This document shows positions 51,281 through 52,326 of a stretch of 52,326 nt of DNA, piece by piece. Each line of letters opens with the position of its first letter. The first letter of the stretch is position 1. The notes under the pieces were generated by a model, which was given only the letters and a program-made list of their open reading frames with translations, had not been told where the DNA came from and did no database searches. A program made the translations under genes and the position numbers. Source of the DNA: Thermoplasmatota archaeon. Its GTDB lineage: Archaea; Thermoplasmatota; E2; DHVEG-1. The stretch is from the NCBI GenBank assembly GCA_046496795.1, contig JAWOGM010000001.1, positions 1 to 52,326 on the forward strand, read 5' to 3'.

Positions 51281-52326
51281 GATTACCTGAAGCTCACCGG
51301 CCGCGAAGACGACCAGGTGGCTCTGGTTGAGACCTACGCCAAGGAAACCGGCCTGTGGGCCGACAGCATGAAAAACGCCGAGTACGAGCGCGTGCTGAAG
51401 TTTGATCTGTCTCAGGTACACCGCACCCTGGCTGGCCCGTCCAACCCCCATGCGCACCTGCCCACCTCCGAACTGGCCGAGCGTGGCATTGCCGGCAAAT
51501 GGGAGAAAGAAGAAGGCAAGATGCCGGACGGCGCCTGCATCATCGCCGCCATCACCAGCTGCACCAACACCAGCAACCCCCGCAACATGGTGGCTGCCGG
51601 CCTGATCGCCCGCAACGCCAACAAGCTGGGCCTGACCCGCAAGCCCTGGGTAAAAACCTCACTGGCACCGGGCTCCAAGACTGTAAAAATGTACCTGGAA
51701 GAAGCCAACCTGATGGACGAGCTTGAACAACTCGGCTTCGGCGTGGTGGCTTTTGCCTGCACCACCTGTAACGGCATGAGCGGTGCACTGGACCCGGACA
51801 TCCAGAAGGAAATCATCGACCGGGACCTGTATTGCACCGGCGTACTCTCCGGTAACCGCAACTTCGACGGCCGGATTCACCCCTACGCCAAACAGGCGTT
51901 CCTGGCGTCACCGCCGTTGGTTGTCGCCTACGCCATTGCCGGCACCATCCGCTTCGACATCGAAAAAGATGCCCTGGGCTACGACCAGGACGGCAACCCC
52001 GTCACCCTGAAGGACATCTGGCCGGACGACGCAGAAATCGACGCCATCGTGAAATCCAGCGTGAAGCCGGAACAGTTCCGCAGCACCTACATTCCGATGT
52101 TCGACATCACCCGGGATGCCCAGGCCAACACCAACCCCAACTACGACTGGCGCGGCCAGAGCACCTACATCCGTCGCCCGCCCTACTGGGAAGGTGGCAT
52201 GGTGGGTGAGAAAACCCTCAAGGGCATGCGCCCGCTCGCGGTACTGCCGGACAACATCACCACCGACCACCTGTCACCGTCCAACGCCATCCTGATGGAC
52301 AGCGCAGCCGGTGAATACCTGCACAA
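51281..52326 (+). CDS. acnD: Bacterial Fe/S-dependent 2-methylisocitrate dehydratase AcnD (aconitase family), internal fragment
   Basis: Open frame from 51281: DYLKLTGRE..AGPSNPH..AAITSCTNTSNPRN..KTSLAPGS..ACTTCNGMSG..SGNRNFDGRIHP..DNITTDHLSP. High-GC3 codon usage; lacks both start and stop. Confidence 0.93.

Noticed and set aside
51272-52270. Several overlapping ORFs listed in the GC-rich tail
   Set aside because: These are shadow frames of the acnD fragment, whose real frame is unlisted because it has no stop in the window.
51281-52326. acnD as a genuine horizontally acquired island
   Set aside because: It starts mid-gene, truncates another gene, and has no mobility signatures or amelioration; an artefact is more parsimonious.
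1-52326. CRISPR arrays, transposases, integrases, inteins, tRNA introns, known defence systems
   Set aside because: No regularly spaced repeats or signature motifs seen by eye; the RNAP cores and tRNAs are of uninterrupted length.

Overview
Positions 1 to ~51280 are an AT-rich archaeal chromosome segment. It is most consistent with Thermoplasmatota, probably a marine-sediment MBG-D/DHVEG-1-like lineage; this is inferred from the unsplit RpoB, split RpoA'/A'', the absence of L34e/L14e from the secY-adk-cmk-cbf5 cluster and the secreted PKD peptidase. Most of it is housekeeping: secY cluster, exosome/proteasome superoperon, RNA polymerase operon, tRNA/rRNA modification enzymes, dnaJ/hsp20, proS, purA, carS and three tRNAs. 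Accessory pockets include pilins with a prepilin peptidase and a fasciclin lipoprotein, secreted proteins with distinctive C-terminal domains, and a membrane zinc-ribbon cluster. Three small genes missing from the ORF track were recovered (trm112, rpl40e, rpoP). At ~51281 the sequence switches abruptly, mid-gene, to a GC-rich bacterial acnD fragment, most likely a chimeric join or contamination. I found no CRISPR, mobile element or clear defence system. The best leads are a histone-H1-like Lys-rich arm fused to RNA polymerase subunit A'', a probable AUC start codon for rpoH (and possibly trmJ), two candidate C-terminal sorting domains, a beta-CASP/YhaM/Trm112 cluster, a Taw2-Tsr3 operon and the zinc-ribbon/PrsW-like membrane module. 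All functional interpretations come from motif reading only, with no database searches.
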